Source: Clostridia bacterium (lineage in GTDB: Bacteria > Bacillota > Clostridia > TANB77 > CAG-465). From it: 64,000 nt of DNA. Below, piece by piece: positions 29,701 to 39,407 of this stretch. Both the position numbers and the translations under genes were made by a program. Below the pieces are notes generated by a model. The model saw only the letters and a list, made by a program, of their open reading frames with translations, searched no databases and was not told where the DNA came from. The stretch is taken from NCBI GenBank assembly GCA_028692955.1, contig JAQUWH010000006.1, positions 8,273 to 72,272 of the forward strand, written 5' to 3'. The stretch's first letter is position 1, and each line of letters starts with the position of its first letter.

Positions 29701-29808
29701 GTATTATTTTCTAACTTCACTTAATGTAAAAGCAGTTCATCACATAAGGACAAACTGTTTTAATATTGTACGTAATTATTCTATTTTATTTTAATAATCA
29801 TCTTTGTT

Positions 29809-30303
29809 TTATAAATTATGTTTTAGTGTATTGTTCCAAACTTCAAATAGTCTATCAAATGTGTAAGTGGCATTAGCAGGACTCGTTGATGGTAATACTG
29901 ATATAGTTATCTGTTCTGGTATTTTGAAAGTAACATGTTTTGTAAACAACTGATAACTTGTCTTACCATTAAAAATAATCTTTTGTATATTCGCGCTTTC
30001 TATTATTTCTTCTATAGGATTTATCATAACATCTGTAATAGAAGAATCTGATGAACCATTAATCTCACAACTTGCTACACTATCCCAAAGAGCAATATGA
30101 TGTTCTAATAGAAATGCTTTCTTCCTATCAATATCATTCAAAATCTCTTCACCATATATTCTTCCTATCAATTTCCAGAATCTATTCTGTGGATGTCCAT
30201 AATAAAAGTTTATCTCACGTGATTTTACAGACGGAAAACTCCCTAATATTAATAGCTTGCTATTGCTGTCATACACTGGTTCAAAAGTGTGATATACTCT
30301 CAT
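29809..30303 (-). CDS. Uracil-DNA glycosylase superfamily protein (DNA-deoxyinosine glycosylase-like)
   Basis: 164 aa. LLILGSFPSVKSREINFYYGHPQNRFW matches the family-6 (hypoxanthine-DNA glycosylase) type N-terminal motif. Its start overlaps the plsC stop (TAATG). Confidence 0.7.
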   Translation of the reverse strand: MRVYHTFEPVYDSNSKLLILGSFPSVKSREINFYYGHPQNRFWKLIGRIYGEEILNDIDRKKAFLLEHHIALWDSVASCEINGSSDSSITDVMINPIEEIIESANIQKIIFNGKTSYQLFTKHVTFKIPEQITISVLPSTSPANATYTFDRLFEVWNNTLKHNL

Positions 30304-30905
30304 TACTTTTTACCTCTTTTGATATATTCTGCTCCCATCGCATAAATATCATCCATCATCCTATCTGCAAATTGTTGTAATTTTTCTTTATCTTTTAGCA
30401 ATTCTTCTGGTACCGTGATTGGATCTCCATAAATAATATTTACTCTAGAAAATAGTTTTACGTTTTTAGTAATAGATACTGGGATAATTGGCACATTTGC
30501 TTTCATCGCAATATATACTGGACCAACTTTAGCTGATATTCTGTCTATATCCTTCTTTAATCTTTCTCCTTCAGGAAAAACAAGTAATTTTCTTTTCTCT
30601 ACATTCTTAAATAAATTAATAGCATGCATGATACTACGTATATCATGCTCTCCACGATTAATAGGAAATACATTAAAATATGTAAAAATTTTAGCCCAAA
30701 ATTTCTTCTCAAATAATTCAGCTTTTGCCATGATGGTGATATCATCATTTCTAGCATAAAGCCAAGCTGGTTCTACTGTATTAGAATGGTTTGGACATAT
30801 CACACATCGATTCATATCTTTAATTTTATCTGCCCCGATGTATTTTACTCTATAGAATAAATGGCACAAAAATATTTTAATTAACCATTTAACAATTTTC
30901 TTCAT
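30303..30905 (-). CDS. plsC: 1-acyl-sn-glycerol-3-phosphate acyltransferase
   Basis: 200 aa. Acyltransferase block PNHSNTVEP (HX4D-like, with E in place of D) and FPEGERL. Confidence 0.8.
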   Translation of the reverse strand: MKKIVKWLIKIFLCHLFYRVKYIGADKIKDMNRCVICPNHSNTVEPAWLYARNDDITIMAKAELFEKKFWAKIFTYFNVFPINRGEHDIRSIMHAINLFKNVEKRKLLVFPEGERLKKDIDRISAKVGPVYIAMKANVPIIPVSITKNVKLFSRVNIIYGDPITVPEELLKDKEKLQQFADRMMDDIYAMGAEYIKRGKK

Positions 30906-31589
30906 TTATGCTTCAATCCTTTTCTTAAATAAATCTAACACGATACTTACATTTTTATCGATTGTATTATTTGTTGTATCTACTTCTATTGCATCTTTTA
31001 CTTTAATAAGTGGAGAGTCTTTTCTATTACTATCTTCTTCATCTCTTTTTAATAAATCTTGTTTGATTGTTTCAATTGACAAATTTTCTCCTCGTTTATC
31101 AAAATCGATTTTCCTTCTTCTTGCGCGTTCGTCTAAAGAGGCAGTTACATAGATTTTAAGAGTAGCATTTGGAAAAACAACACTTGTAATATCTCTTCCA
31201 TCCATCACAATATTATTTTCTGTTGCAAACTCTCTTTGGAGCATTAACATTCTTTCTCTTAACTTGCTTACCTTTGCCACTATTGGTGTAAGGGAAGAAA
31301 TTTTCGAACTATGTAACTCATCTGATACATCGTTTCCATTTAATATTGTGTGTAAATTACCCTCTTTTATTTCAAAAGCAATATGGATCTTTTCAATGTG
31401 TGAAATAATGTTTTCTGGAGTTAATTCAATATTATTTTGTACAAAATATAGCGTAGCAGCTCTATACATAGCTCCCGTATCAATATAAACAAAATTTAAC
31501 TGCCTTGCAACACCTTTTGCAATAGTTGATTTGCCACTCGCTGCTCCACCATCGATTGCAATTATATAATTTTGCCCTGTTTTCTCCAT
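30906..31589 (-). CDS. cmk: Cytidylate kinase
   Basis: 227 aa. P-loop IAIDGGAASGKST, DTGAMYRA and DGRD. Confidence 0.95.
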   Translation of the reverse strand: MEKTGQNYIIAIDGGAASGKSTIAKGVARQLNFVYIDTGAMYRAATLYFVQNNIELTPENIISHIEKIHIAFEIKEGNLHTILNGNDVSDELHSSKISSLTPIVAKVSKLRERMLMLQREFATENNIVMDGRDITSVVFPNATLKIYVTASLDERARRRKIDFDKRGENLSIETIKQDLLKRDEEDSNRKDSPLIKVKDAIEVDTTNNTIDKNVSIVLDLFKKRIEA

Positions 31590-31679
31590 AAATTATACCT
31601 CTTCTCTTTATTTTTAACATAAAATATGATATCATATAAGTGAAAATTTGTAAAGTGAAAATAGAAAGAAGGTAATGTC

Positions 31680-32207
31680 ATGACAAGTGATTCAAAATTA
31701 TTTGATAGCAAAATAATCGTGCTCTATATACTCGATATATCTGGTAAGTCTCTTACTATCAATCAAATAGTAAAATTTTGTGAAGAGTTTGATGATATCA
31801 CCTATTTTGATATCTGTTCCTATATCGACAGTTTGAAAAAAAGCAATTATATAGAGGAAAATTTAGAAGATAATGTGATGACATACAGCCTAAATTCTCT
31901 TGGAAAAGCTACCCTAAAAGAATTACTTGAATTAATACCAGGCGTTAACTTGCATACCATCCGAAAAATGATTAGTAAAAATATCACAAAAATTAAAACG
32001 GATTTTTCAATAAATACAAATGTAGTTCCAATTAAGGAAGATGAATATAAAGTTTCTTGCTATATCAAAGATGGCAATGATGAACTTGTAAATATTACCT
32101 TATATGCTGGTAGCAAAGAACAAGTAAAAAACATCTCAAAAAACTGGAGTGAACATGCTGAAGAAATATACAATCAATTACTAAATGCTATGACAAAAGA
32201 AGAGTGA
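31680..32207 (+). CDS. DUF4364-like putative winged-helix protein
   Basis: 175 aa. The N-terminal region resembles PadR/DUF4364-type wHTH proteins common in Clostridia. Assignment is from memory only. Confidence 0.45.
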   Translation: MTSDSKLFDSKIIVLYILDISGKSLTINQIVKFCEEFDDITYFDICSYIDSLKKSNYIEENLEDNVMTYSLNSLGKATLKELLELIPGVNLHTIRKMISKNITKIKTDFSINTNVVPIKEDEYKVSCYIKDGNDELVNITLYAGSKEQVKNISKNWSEHAEEIYNQLLNAMTKEE

Positions 32208-32234
32208 CAACGAAATATCGTTATCACTCTTTCT

Positions 32235-32678
32235 TTATACATTTTTATAAAATTTCTTATATGTAGCTACTAGTTCCATATAGTGATTTGGAATCTGTTT
32301 TGGACATGTTTCTGGCAAAAAAGCCTTAAGATATGTATCAATATGTACCCCTCTTGTTATTTGATCTTTATACACAAATGGATACTTTTCAAATACATAT
32401 GCTGAAGCGTTTTCTGCATATATCAGAACAGGAATCTTAAATTTATTTTTGTTAAGAAAGTCTAAAAAAATCAAACCCGTTCCAAAACTTCCATCCGTGC
32501 TTTTTATAGCTGGATTTAAAATAATAGCAGAAAAGTTCTCTCTTGAGGTCTCAACTTCCTCTATAGCCGCTTCCAAACTTTCGGTTAAAACAATGTCAAT
32601 ATCTTTTCTAAATATTGCAACTGGACTTGCGATCATTTGTTGCCGAAAAGAATCACTTTCAACGATAAGTATAGTCAT
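32235..32678 (-). CDS. Orphan receiver-like (pseudo-receiver) domain protein
   Basis: Start at MTILIVESD after AGAGGTAAGGG. CheY-like beta1 acidic pair, but the phospho-acceptor position reads IILNPAI (Asn, not Asp). No output domain. Confidence 0.5.
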   Translation of the reverse strand: MTILIVESDSFRQQMIASPVAIFRKDIDIVLTESLEAAIEEVETSRENFSAIILNPAIKSTDGSFGTGLIFLDFLNKNKFKIPVLIYAENASAYVFEKYPFVYKDQITRGVHIDTYLKAFLPETCPKQIPNHYMELVATYKKFYKNV

Positions 32679-32872
32679 ACCCTTACCTCTTTCTTTTACA
32701 TTTGTAATGAAATACAAATTATATTTTATATCATTATATAACAATTTAATTCATTTGTCAATATTATGTAATCTTTATGTTCTTTTAAAATTGTATAAAA
32801 TTTGAGATATATCTTGAAATTTATGGAAATATATAATATAATTGTACTATTCGAATTGAAGGAGTTGGATTT

Positions 32873-34153
32873 ATGTTAGATATAAAATATATAAGACAAA
32901 ATAGTGACATTGTAAAAAATGCTGCTAAAAATAAGTTAATAGATATTGATATTGATAGATTATTAGAAGTGGATGTAAAGCTTCGTGAACTTAATCAAAA
33001 TCTAGATGCTTTAAAAGAAGAAAGAAACAAACTTTCCGCTTCTATTCCATCTTTAAAAGCAGAAGAAAAGCAAAAAGTAATTGAATATGTAAGAGAGTTA
33101 AAGGATAAAATAGCTCCTTTAGAAGAAGAAATATCTCCTTTAAAAGAAGAATTTGATAGTTTAATGTATCAAGTACCTGGTGTTCCTTTAGAAGAAGTAC
33201 CTATTGGTAAAACTGATGAAGATAATGTGGAAATTAAAAAAGTAGGACAAATTCCTACCTTTGATTTTGAGTTAAAAGATCATGTTGATTTAGCAGAAAG
33301 TCTAGATTTGATTGATATCCCTAGAGGTGTTAAAATTGCTGGTTCAAGATCGTATTACCTAAAAAATGAAGCTGTTTTATTAGAAATGGCTCTTTGTAGA
33401 TATGTGATTGACAAGTTAATAAAAAAAGGATTTACACCAATGACAGTTCCTACTCTTGTTAAAGAAGCACCAATGTATGGTACTAGTTATTTCCCAGGTG
33501 GACGTGATCAATCTTATGCCGTAACAGAAGATGATTTGTATTTAGTAGGAACATCAGAAGTCGCTCTTGTATCCTACAACAGTAATGAAACATTTGAAAG
33601 CGCTGATGTATTACCTAAAATGTATTGTGGCTATTCAAGTTGTTTTAGACGTGAAGCTGGTACTTATGGTAAAGATACAAGAGGATTATATAGAGTTCAT
33701 CAATTTACTAAAATAGAGCAAGTGATTATGTGTGAAGCTGATTTTGATAAACAATATGAATTACACAACTTCCTATTAAATAATGCAGAAGAAATTATGC
33801 AAGAATTAAAAATACCATATAGGGTAGTAAAAGTTTGTACTGGTGATATGGGAGTCGGGCAAATTAGAAAACATGATATTGAAGCTTGGATGCCTAGTCG
33901 AGGTAAATATAGCGAAACACATTCTTGTTCTTCTTTTAATGATTTCCAATCTAGAAGAAGTAATATTAAATATAAAGATAGCAACGGAGAATTGAAATAT
34001 TGTTTTACATTAAATAATACAGCAATTGCCTCTCCTAGAATCTTAATTCCATTACTAGAATTAAATCAAAATGCAGATGGTAGTGTTAATATACCAGAAG
34101 TACTAATTCCATATATGGGTGGTATGACTAAAATAGAAAAGAAAAATAAATAA
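32873..34153 (+). CDS. serS: Seryl-tRNA synthetase
   Basis: 426 aa. N-terminal coiled-coil arm and class II motifs (FRREAG, GLYRVHQF, TLNNTAIASPR). Confidence 0.95.
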   Translation: MLDIKYIRQNSDIVKNAAKNKLIDIDIDRLLEVDVKLRELNQNLDALKEERNKLSASIPSLKAEEKQKVIEYVRELKDKIAPLEEEISPLKEEFDSLMYQVPGVPLEEVPIGKTDEDNVEIKKVGQIPTFDFELKDHVDLAESLDLIDIPRGVKIAGSRSYYLKNEAVLLEMALCRYVIDKLIKKGFTPMTVPTLVKEAPMYGTSYFPGGRDQSYAVTEDDLYLVGTSEVALVSYNSNETFESADVLPKMYCGYSSCFRREAGTYGKDTRGLYRVHQFTKIEQVIMCEADFDKQYELHNFLLNNAEEIMQELKIPYRVVKVCTGDMGVGQIRKHDIEAWMPSRGKYSETHSCSSFNDFQSRRSNIKYKDSNGELKYCFTLNNTAIASPRILIPLLELNQNADGSVNIPEVLIPYMGGMTKIEKKNK

Positions 34154-34255
34154 AAAGATAAAAATAGTCTATTGTATGCTACAGTAGATTATTTTTTATC
34201 GGTTGACAGATATTATGTAATATGGTATGATATACTGTATTGAGGAGAAAATGAA

Positions 34256-34831
34256 ATGATAAATAATATAAAATATGAAACTTCTGTATTTTCAAAAAAT
34301 AAAATACTAAAAACAGATAAAAAACAAATTGTGTTAGTAGGAAAATCAAATGTTGGTAAATCTTCTTTTATTAATGCAATTGCCAATCAAAAAAGACTTG
34401 CTAAAGTAGGTCAAACTCCAGGAAAAACAAAATCACTCAATTACTACAATGTAAATGATGAATATTATATTGTAGACTTACCTGGTTATGGTTATTCTAC
34501 GATGACTAAACAAGAAAAGCAAACAACTTCAGAAATGATTAATGAATACATTCATGATAGTGAACATATTGCATATATCTTTTTTTTAGTAGACATACGT
34601 CATAAACCAACGAATGATGATAGAACAATGTATGAGTGGTTACTAGAACAAAGCATTCCTTTTACCATTATTGCAACAAAAGCAGATAAAGTAGCAAAAA
34701 CAAAAACAGAGGAATATCTACTGGAAATTACAAAAGCACTATTTGCTAAAGAAGAAATTATCGCATTTTCTAGTGATAATAAATTAAATGTAGATAAAAT
34801 AGAAAAAATCATACAAGAAAAAATCAAGTAA
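34256..34831 (+). CDS. engB: Ribosome biogenesis GTPase YihA/YsxC (EngB)
   Basis: 191 aa. GKSNVGKSSFINA, DLPGYGY and TKADK. Confidence 0.9.
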   Translation: MINNIKYETSVFSKNKILKTDKKQIVLVGKSNVGKSSFINAIANQKRLAKVGQTPGKTKSLNYYNVNDEYYIVDLPGYGYSTMTKQEKQTTSEMINEYIHDSEHIAYIFFLVDIRHKPTNDDRTMYEWLLEQSIPFTIIATKADKVAKTKTEEYLLEITKALFAKEEIIAFSSDNKLNVDKIEKIIQEKIK

Positions 34832-34901
34832 TCATTGGTGTAAGCATGAATCAAGTGTTTACACCATATATTGTTATATAGATAAGAAAGGTTGTGTGTC
34901 T

Positions 34902-35771
34902 ATGTTATTTCAAGGTTCTGGAGTTGCGCTTATTACTCCATTTGATCCATATGGTAATGTCAATTATGCAAAATTAGAGGAATTAATTGAATTTCAGATT
35001 TTAAATCAAACTGATGCAATTATTGTATGTGGTACTACTGGTGAATCTTCTACCCTATCTACAGAGGAAAAGAAAGATGTTATCTCTTTTGTGACAAAAA
35101 AAGTAAATAAAAGAATTCCTGTTATTGCAGGAACAGGAACAAATAATACCAAAACGTCTATAGAGATGTCTAAATTTGCTGAAAGTGTTTCTGTTGATGG
35201 ATTATTACTGGTAACCCCTTATTACAACAAAACAACACAAGAAGGATTATATGCCCATTTTAACGCCATTGCAAGCAGTGTTTCTATCCCTATTATACTA
35301 TATAACGTACCAAGCAGAACTGGTCTTAATATATCAGTAGATACTGTATTAAAACTGTCTAAAATTAAAAATATTGTTGGTATTAAAGAAGCTAGTGGTG
35401 ATATCTCACAAGTTGCTCAAATCGCATCTAAAGTTGATTCAAGCTTTGCCATCTACTCTGGTAATGATGATCAAATAGTCCCTATTTTATCACTAGGAGG
35501 TGTTGGCGTTATTTCTGTACTTGCCAATATTTTTCCTAAAGAAACACATGATATTTGTAATAGTTTCTTAAATGGTGATATTACCAAGTCAAGACGATTA
35601 CAATTTCGTTATTTAGACTTAATCAAACAGTTATTTATTGAAGTAAATCCAATCCCTATTAAAGAGGCAATGAATATCCTAGATTTTGGCGTAGGTAGTT
35701 GCAGATTACCTCTTTGTAATATGGAGACTAAAAACAAAAAAATACTTACAAATGTATTAAAAAACATATAA
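34902..35771 (+). CDS. dapA: 4-hydroxy-tetrahydrodipicolinate synthase
   Basis: Starts MLFQGSGVALITPF. GTTGES, the YYNK region and the active-site Lys context GIKEASGD are present. Confidence 0.9.
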   Translation: MLFQGSGVALITPFDPYGNVNYAKLEELIEFQILNQTDAIIVCGTTGESSTLSTEEKKDVISFVTKKVNKRIPVIAGTGTNNTKTSIEMSKFAESVSVDGLLLVTPYYNKTTQEGLYAHFNAIASSVSIPIILYNVPSRTGLNISVDTVLKLSKIKNIVGIKEASGDISQVAQIASKVDSSFAIYSGNDDQIVPILSLGGVGVISVLANIFPKETHDICNSFLNGDITKSRRLQFRYLDLIKQLFIEVNPIPIKEAMNILDFGVGSCRLPLCNMETKNKKILTNVLKNI

Positions 35772-35820
35772 CAAAAGACCGCAAGAAAGTGCTAAATGTA
35801 ACCTATCTTGTGGTCTACCT

Positions 35821-36429
35821 TTATTTAAGAAAGAATGATGATAAAAACACTAAGCTCATGCTATATGCAAGAATTGTAATAGGTTTACAAATAACTAATA
35901 TAGCAACAAACTTCTTGATTGTCATTTTGGTAATACCTGCCAAATAACAAAGAAAATCATCTGGAGAGATTGGAAGCAAGATGGCAATGGCAAAGAATTT
36001 CTCAAATTTTGTTCCTTTATCTAACCAACCAATGTATTTGTCAATTGTTTTTTGTTTAAACATTTTTTTGATGAGAGGCATGCCATATTTCTTAGAAATC
36101 ATAAACACAAGGATAGAACCAAGTACAATACTAATATAGTTATATATAAATCCCCAAAAAGGACCAAATACCAATACCCCCACAGCACAACTAACACCAC
36201 CTGGTATAATTGGTATAATTACTTGAATGATTTGTATTACGAGAAATAAAACTGGGCCCCAAACTCCAATCATTTTTAAAAATTCACTTAATTTTTCTTG
36301 TGAAGTAAAAATTTGTGAATTAATCGCATAATATAAAAAGACACATAACAATATTGTTCCAATCACTGTAGAAATTTGCATTACTATTTTTAGGCTATTG
36401 TCTTTTTTAACATTAACTTGTATATCCAC
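35821..36429 (-). CDS. TVP38/TMEM64 (DedA-related) family membrane protein
   Basis: 202 aa, multi-pass. It overlaps the upstream GT4 gene by 17 nt, so the two are likely co-translated. Confidence 0.65.
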   Translation of the reverse strand: MDIQVNVKKDNSLKIVMQISTVIGTILLCVFLYYAINSQIFTSQEKLSEFLKMIGVWGPVLFLVIQIIQVIIPIIPGGVSCAVGVLVFGPFWGFIYNYISIVLGSILVFMISKKYGMPLIKKMFKQKTIDKYIGWLDKGTKFEKFFAIAILLPISPDDFLCYLAGITKMTIKKFVAILVICKPITILAYSMSLVFLSSFFLK

Positions 36430-37456
36430 GGTTTACCTCCTGACTGACATCGTGATAAAATTCACGCCATAAAGAGGACACATGTTCTCTACTGTAGAAA
36501 TCTCCACCGCGCTTTGACATCTCCACTCCTTGATTATAATAGTAAGTATTATTCTTTAACTGATTAATTTCATTGATAAACTCTTCATTATTATTTCCCT
36601 TGATATAATAATTGGGTAATATACTATGATAAATATCAAGATCGCGTAATAAAATAGGAATATTCACACACATTGCCTCTAATATACTCATTGGAAACAA
36701 TTCTTCATAAGAGGGTAAGAACATGACATTAGCAATATTATATAACTCATTCATATGTTCTCTTTCCACTAAACCTAGGAAATGTACATTAGATGGTAAA
36801 TCATTTGTTATTTTTTCTTTTATTTTTTCATATCCAGCAGTCATTTTTCCAAAAACAGCGCCTCCAGCCCAAATAAATTCTATATTAGGCATATTTTTGG
36901 CTATTTCTATAAACTCTAGAACACCTTTTCTTGTTTGGAGTTGTCCAACTCCTAGTACCGTAAATGAATTCTTCTTTATGTTATACTTTTCTCTTATTCT
37001 GTCTTTTTCTTCTTTTTCTAATGCATAGAAATGATTTGAAGAAACAAAATTGGGTATAAATGTTATCTTGTTTTTGTCGATACCATATTTTGCTAATACA
37101 TCAATAAAGTACGGATTGACAACCACTAAATGGTCTACACTTTTGTAAAAACTTATCATATATTTATAAAAGAGCGTTTTAAAAGGCTCTATCAAATTAA
37201 TACTTTTTTCAAGTGTCTCTGGCACAAAATGTACATAAGCAATTGTTCTTGCTTTTCTTCTTACGAACGGAATCGTAAAATAATATTCCGGATTAATCGT
37301 ATGATAGTGCATAATATTACAAAATTTTATTTCATTTTCCATTACATCATATTCTAATAGTTCGTTTCTAACTAAATCTACTTGTTCATCATGTGCAGAT
37401 AATACCCCTTGCCCCTTTATTTTATCAGCTTTTGAAAGCATATTAATTGAAATCAT
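36413..37456 (-). CDS. Family 4 (GT-B) glycosyltransferase
   Basis: 347 aa. C-terminal GT1/GT4 motif PSYEELFPMSILEAMCVNIPIL (EX7E). Confidence 0.8.
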   Translation of the reverse strand: MISINMLSKADKIKGQGVLSAHDEQVDLVRNELLEYDVMENEIKFCNIMHYHTINPEYYFTIPFVRRKARTIAYVHFVPETLEKSINLIEPFKTLFYKYMISFYKSVDHLVVVNPYFIDVLAKYGIDKNKITFIPNFVSSNHFYALEKEEKDRIREKYNIKKNSFTVLGVGQLQTRKGVLEFIEIAKNMPNIEFIWAGGAVFGKMTAGYEKIKEKITNDLPSNVHFLGLVEREHMNELYNIANVMFLPSYEELFPMSILEAMCVNIPILLRDLDIYHSILPNYYIKGNNNEEFINEINQLKNNTYYYNQGVEMSKRGGDFYSREHVSSLWREFYHDVSQEVNRGYTS

Positions 37457-37566
37457 ATACCCATCTCCTGTTTTTATAAAACTCTATACACGATATATAA
37501 CGACAAAACTATTAGATAAGTAACAAAAATAGATGCTATTTCTAACATCTATTTTATTTATATCTT

Positions 37567-37950
37567 TTATATTACATGTTCAAAAGAAAATTTTTGTTTA
37601 TCAACTATCTCAAATATTGTTTTATTAAGCGTCTTAGTAGCAATGACCGAGTCTTCTGTATTTTTTGCTTCTATATATGACTTAATATCATTCATATCAT
37701 TTTCTAAACTATCGATTCTTTCATGATTGACAAAAATATTCCATGTAAATCTCATTTTTTCCCATGTGTGTTCTACATTTTTAAGATTACTTTGTGCAAC
37801 ATCAAAATTATTATTTTCAATTGCATTTTTGACACTATCGACATCTCCCATTAAATAATAGGCAGTCCTTTCTAAATAGTTTACTTCCCATAGTCCACCT
37901 ACTATAAGTATAAGAAGTGAAATAACTAATATGGAAATTTGTTTAGCCAT
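37567..37950 (-). CDS. DUF4363-like small membrane-anchored protein
   Basis: 127 aa with an N-terminal TM helix. It overlaps the DUF421 gene by 8 nt, matching the DUF421-DUF4363 pairing seen in Clostridia (from memory). Confidence 0.5.
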   Translation of the reverse strand: MAKQISILVISLLILIVGGLWEVNYLERTAYYLMGDVDSVKNAIENNNFDVAQSNLKNVEHTWEKMRFTWNIFVNHERIDSLENDMNDIKSYIEAKNTEDSVIATKTLNKTIFEIVDKQKFSFEHVI

Positions 37951-38590
37951 TTTCCTTCACCTCATCTTTCAATTGATAAATAAACTGCGAATTTTCATCC
38001 ATGGTTCCTACTAATACATTTTCTAATTTTATATTCTTTTTACTAAGTAACTTATCTACATCAGTAGTATTCATATTTAATATTTTCATGTTAACATCAG
38101 AATATTTACCTTCTTCAATGATGTTTAAAGGAATAAAATCCATCTCATCTGTATTTTTAATCACAGTTAAATTACCATTTGTTTCAATAATAGCACACTT
38201 AACATCTTGTACCTTAAATACATCTTTATTTCTAAGTTGATTCATGATATCTGACATGGTGTATTGTAACTTAGAAAGTTCTGACTCTACAATTTTTCCA
38301 TCACGTATAATGACTGATATGGTACCACATACCACATCTTGTACTTTATTACTAGATTGTATAATAAGAGTAAAAATAATATAAGCTACTAGCAATGTGA
38401 TAATAGGAACAATTCCATCAAAAATAGAGATACCTCTAGAGGACATTGGAGCTGAAGCAAGGTCAGAGATTAATATAATGATGGCAAGTTCAAAAGGTTG
38501 CACCTTTGATAATTCTCTTTTTCCCATCAATCTGATTACTAAAAATACCACGGCATATAAAATTAATGCCCTAAAAAAAACGATTAACAT
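37943..38590 (-). CDS. DUF421 (YetF-like) membrane protein
   Basis: 215 aa. RLMGKRELSKVQPFELAIIILISDLAS is typical of the YetF N-terminus. Confidence 0.75.
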   Translation of the reverse strand: MLIVFFRALILYAVVFLVIRLMGKRELSKVQPFELAIIILISDLASAPMSSRGISIFDGIVPIITLLVAYIIFTLIIQSSNKVQDVVCGTISVIIRDGKIVESELSKLQYTMSDIMNQLRNKDVFKVQDVKCAIIETNGNLTVIKNTDEMDFIPLNIIEEGKYSDVNMKILNMNTTDVDKLLSKKNIKLENVLVGTMDENSQFIYQLKDEVKENG

Positions 38591-38673
38591 TTAAAAATCA
38601 CCTAACAATATTTTTTGCATAAATACAAAAATTATACAGATAATATTACAAAATAGTTTTTTAGGAGGATTTT

Positions 38674-39045
38674 ATGGAACAAGCAAGTACATTTAGGGAT
38701 AAATTTGAAAGTTTAAGAATATCACAAATGGTAATTCGATTAATTGCATCAATGTCGATATTTACCATTACGGTCTTCTTTACTCCAAATTTTAATATAT
38801 CTTCATTTCCTATCTTAGTTTTAAGTAGTTTTACTATTACAATATTTGATTACTTAATGTCTGTTATAACAGGGATACATGACATGCCACTTGGCAGAGG
38901 TTTTGTTGGATTTACATGTGCCGCTATCATTATTTACATCACTCAATTTTTCGTTGATGGTTATTATATTAGTATCATGAGTAGCTTAATTGCCGCTGCT
39001 ATCTATGGTGTAATAGATAGCTTACTGCCAAATAGGATTGTTTAA
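38674..39045 (+). CDS. Small multi-pass membrane protein
   Basis: 123 aa with 3-4 hydrophobic helices and a GGAGG RBS upstream. Family uncertain. Confidence 0.5.
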   Translation: MEQASTFRDKFESLRISQMVIRLIASMSIFTITVFFTPNFNISSFPILVLSSFTITIFDYLMSVITGIHDMPLGRGFVGFTCAAIIIYITQFFVDGYYISIMSSLIAAAIYGVIDSLLPNRIV

Positions 39046-39141
39046 ACAACAAAACCTCATTAACATTAAGATGAAGTAAAACACTTATTTATTATCACTT
39101 CAATTCTTAATATTAATGCATTTCCTGACATATCGTAGATA

Positions 39142-39267
39142 TTACTTAATTGGATTATTGTTGTTTAGAGTTAATATCACTGCTGCTAATATGCTTGCAG
39201 CAATAATTATAATAACTAGCCTAATTAGCGATATTCCTTTCTCGTTTATTTTGTTTTCATTGTTCAT
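39142..39267 (-). CDS. Candidate 41-aa single-TM small protein (below the ORF-track cutoff)
   Basis: Hand translation gives MNNENKINEKGISLIRLVIIIIAASILAAVILTLNNNNPIK. AGGAG lies just upstream (short spacing). This reading is preferred over the low-complexity plus-strand ORF at 39116-39298. Confidence 0.3.
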   Translation of the reverse strand: MNNENKINEKGISLIRLVIIIIAASILAAVILTLNNNNPIK

Positions 39268-39330
39268 TTTCTCCTATTTCATATTATATTTTTCATAATC
39301 ATCTTATGTGTTTTCGATATATTATACAAA

Positions 39331-39360
39331 AAATAGAAACGAAATAATTCGTTTCTATTT
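39331..39360 (-). terminator. Intrinsic terminator after the U32 gene
   Basis: AAATAGAAACG pairs with CGTTTCTATTT (11-bp stem), followed on the minus strand by TTTTGT. Confidence 0.65.
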
Positions 39361-39407
39361 TAAAAATGATTATATTGTATATTTTAATTACTATCTTCTT
39401 CTTTTAC

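Noticed and set aside
29277-29714. 145-aa plus-strand ORF overlapping the 131-aa orphan gene
   Set aside because: The minus-strand ORF has AGGAGG, a consensus promoter and a terminator. The plus-strand ORF has none of these and shows shadow-ORF composition.
32745-32872. Possible T-box leader upstream of serS
   Set aside because: Only about 128 nt is available. I found no specifier or antiterminator structure and no T-box consensus.
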